From Catajapyx aquilonaris (lineage: Eukaryota): DNA of 63,640 bases. A model generated the notes under the pieces. It was given only the letters and a program-made list of their open reading frames with translations. It searched no databases and was not told where the DNA came from. Shown here in pieces: positions 62,981-63,640 of the stretch; positions within the stretch are counted from its first letter, which is position 1, and each line of letters begins with the position of its first letter. The position numbers were made by a program, and so were the translations under genes. The DNA is taken from positions 1 to 63,640 of the forward strand of contig JYFJ02002077.1 of the NCBI GenBank assembly GCA_000934665.2, read 5' to 3'.

Positions 62981-63640
62981 CGAGGTAGGCGCCAAAAGTT
63001 TCCGTCCTGGCTATGTTCCAGGGGTGATAGAGATGAAACAACTATAGTGTCAGGTAGTCCCAACCATGAGTTGAGGAATGTACAAGTTTCACCCGGCAAC
63101 GTCAGTCAGTCTCTTAGAAAAGTCAACTTTAGTTAGACGAGTTGCAACATGGTGAAAATCGAGTATCGAGAGTGATCAAGTTCCTCACCAAGGAAGGCCT
63201 TACTACGATGTCTATTAAACAGGCCTTGGGTGGTGTGTATGGTGAAGCTTCCTCTTCATATTCCACCATGAAGGAATGGGCTAAGCAGTTTCGTTTGGGT
63301 TGAGAGAACATCGAAGGCGGGCTATGCGACTTTCGGCCCTTGGAGGTGATGACTGCAGAGACCGTCTCTCTTGTGGAGGAGTAGGGGCTGCAAGCAGGCC
63401 CTTGGAGGTGGAGGAACTCTTGGGAAGGTTGTGGCTTTCAGACACCACCATTCCTCTCATTATTCATGAACACCTTCACATGAAAAAGGTCAGCACAAGA
63501 TGGGTGCCCCAACTTCTGTCCACAATTAAAAAGCAAAAATGCATAACATGTTGCGAAACGTTTTCGGACCTTCGCCGTGGCAAACAGAAAGAAGTACTGG
63601 AGTTCATCGTCACAGGAGATGAAACTATGGTCCCGTGCTA
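62981..63640 (+). mobile_element. Decayed mariner transposon (5' part, runs off window)
   Basis: TA-CGAGGTAGGCGCCAAAAGT terminus. Transposase remnant from 63149: MVKIEYR.VIKFL..G...EWAKQFRLG* ... IIHEHLHMKKVSTRWVPQLL ... IVTGDET, disrupted by stops and frameshifts. Confidence 0.92.

Overview
Eukaryotic, intron-containing, gene-dense genomic DNA of an arthropod. A pancrustacean host is inferred from the ecdysteroid-kinase-like gene and insect-type SINEs. There are ten spliced protein-coding genes: PIF1(-), ADAM17/TACE(+), TRNT1(-), a PAF acetylhydrolase(+), EBAG9(+), a membrane-anchored PRKCSH-like protein(-), RNF19(+) with an EcKL kinase gene(-) nested in one of its introns, TXNDC5(-) and PTRHD1(-). 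Most are arranged as head-to-head pairs around CpG-rich promoters. Introns carry many MITEs (pogo/Tigger, piggyBac, Harbinger, hAT, Transib, EnSpm-like) and tRNA-derived SINEs, and a decayed mariner lies at the right end. The best novel candidate is in ADAM17: a tandemly duplicated, phase-matched pair of apparently mutually exclusive exons (11378-11522 and 12377-12515) that would swap the substrate-binding edge strand of the protease. ADAM17 also has an in-frame 25-codon stretch after its stop that ends in a class I PDZ-ligand-like motif. Two GC-AG introns (EcKL, PTRHD1) were also found. Exon boundaries were read by eye and may be off by a few nt.
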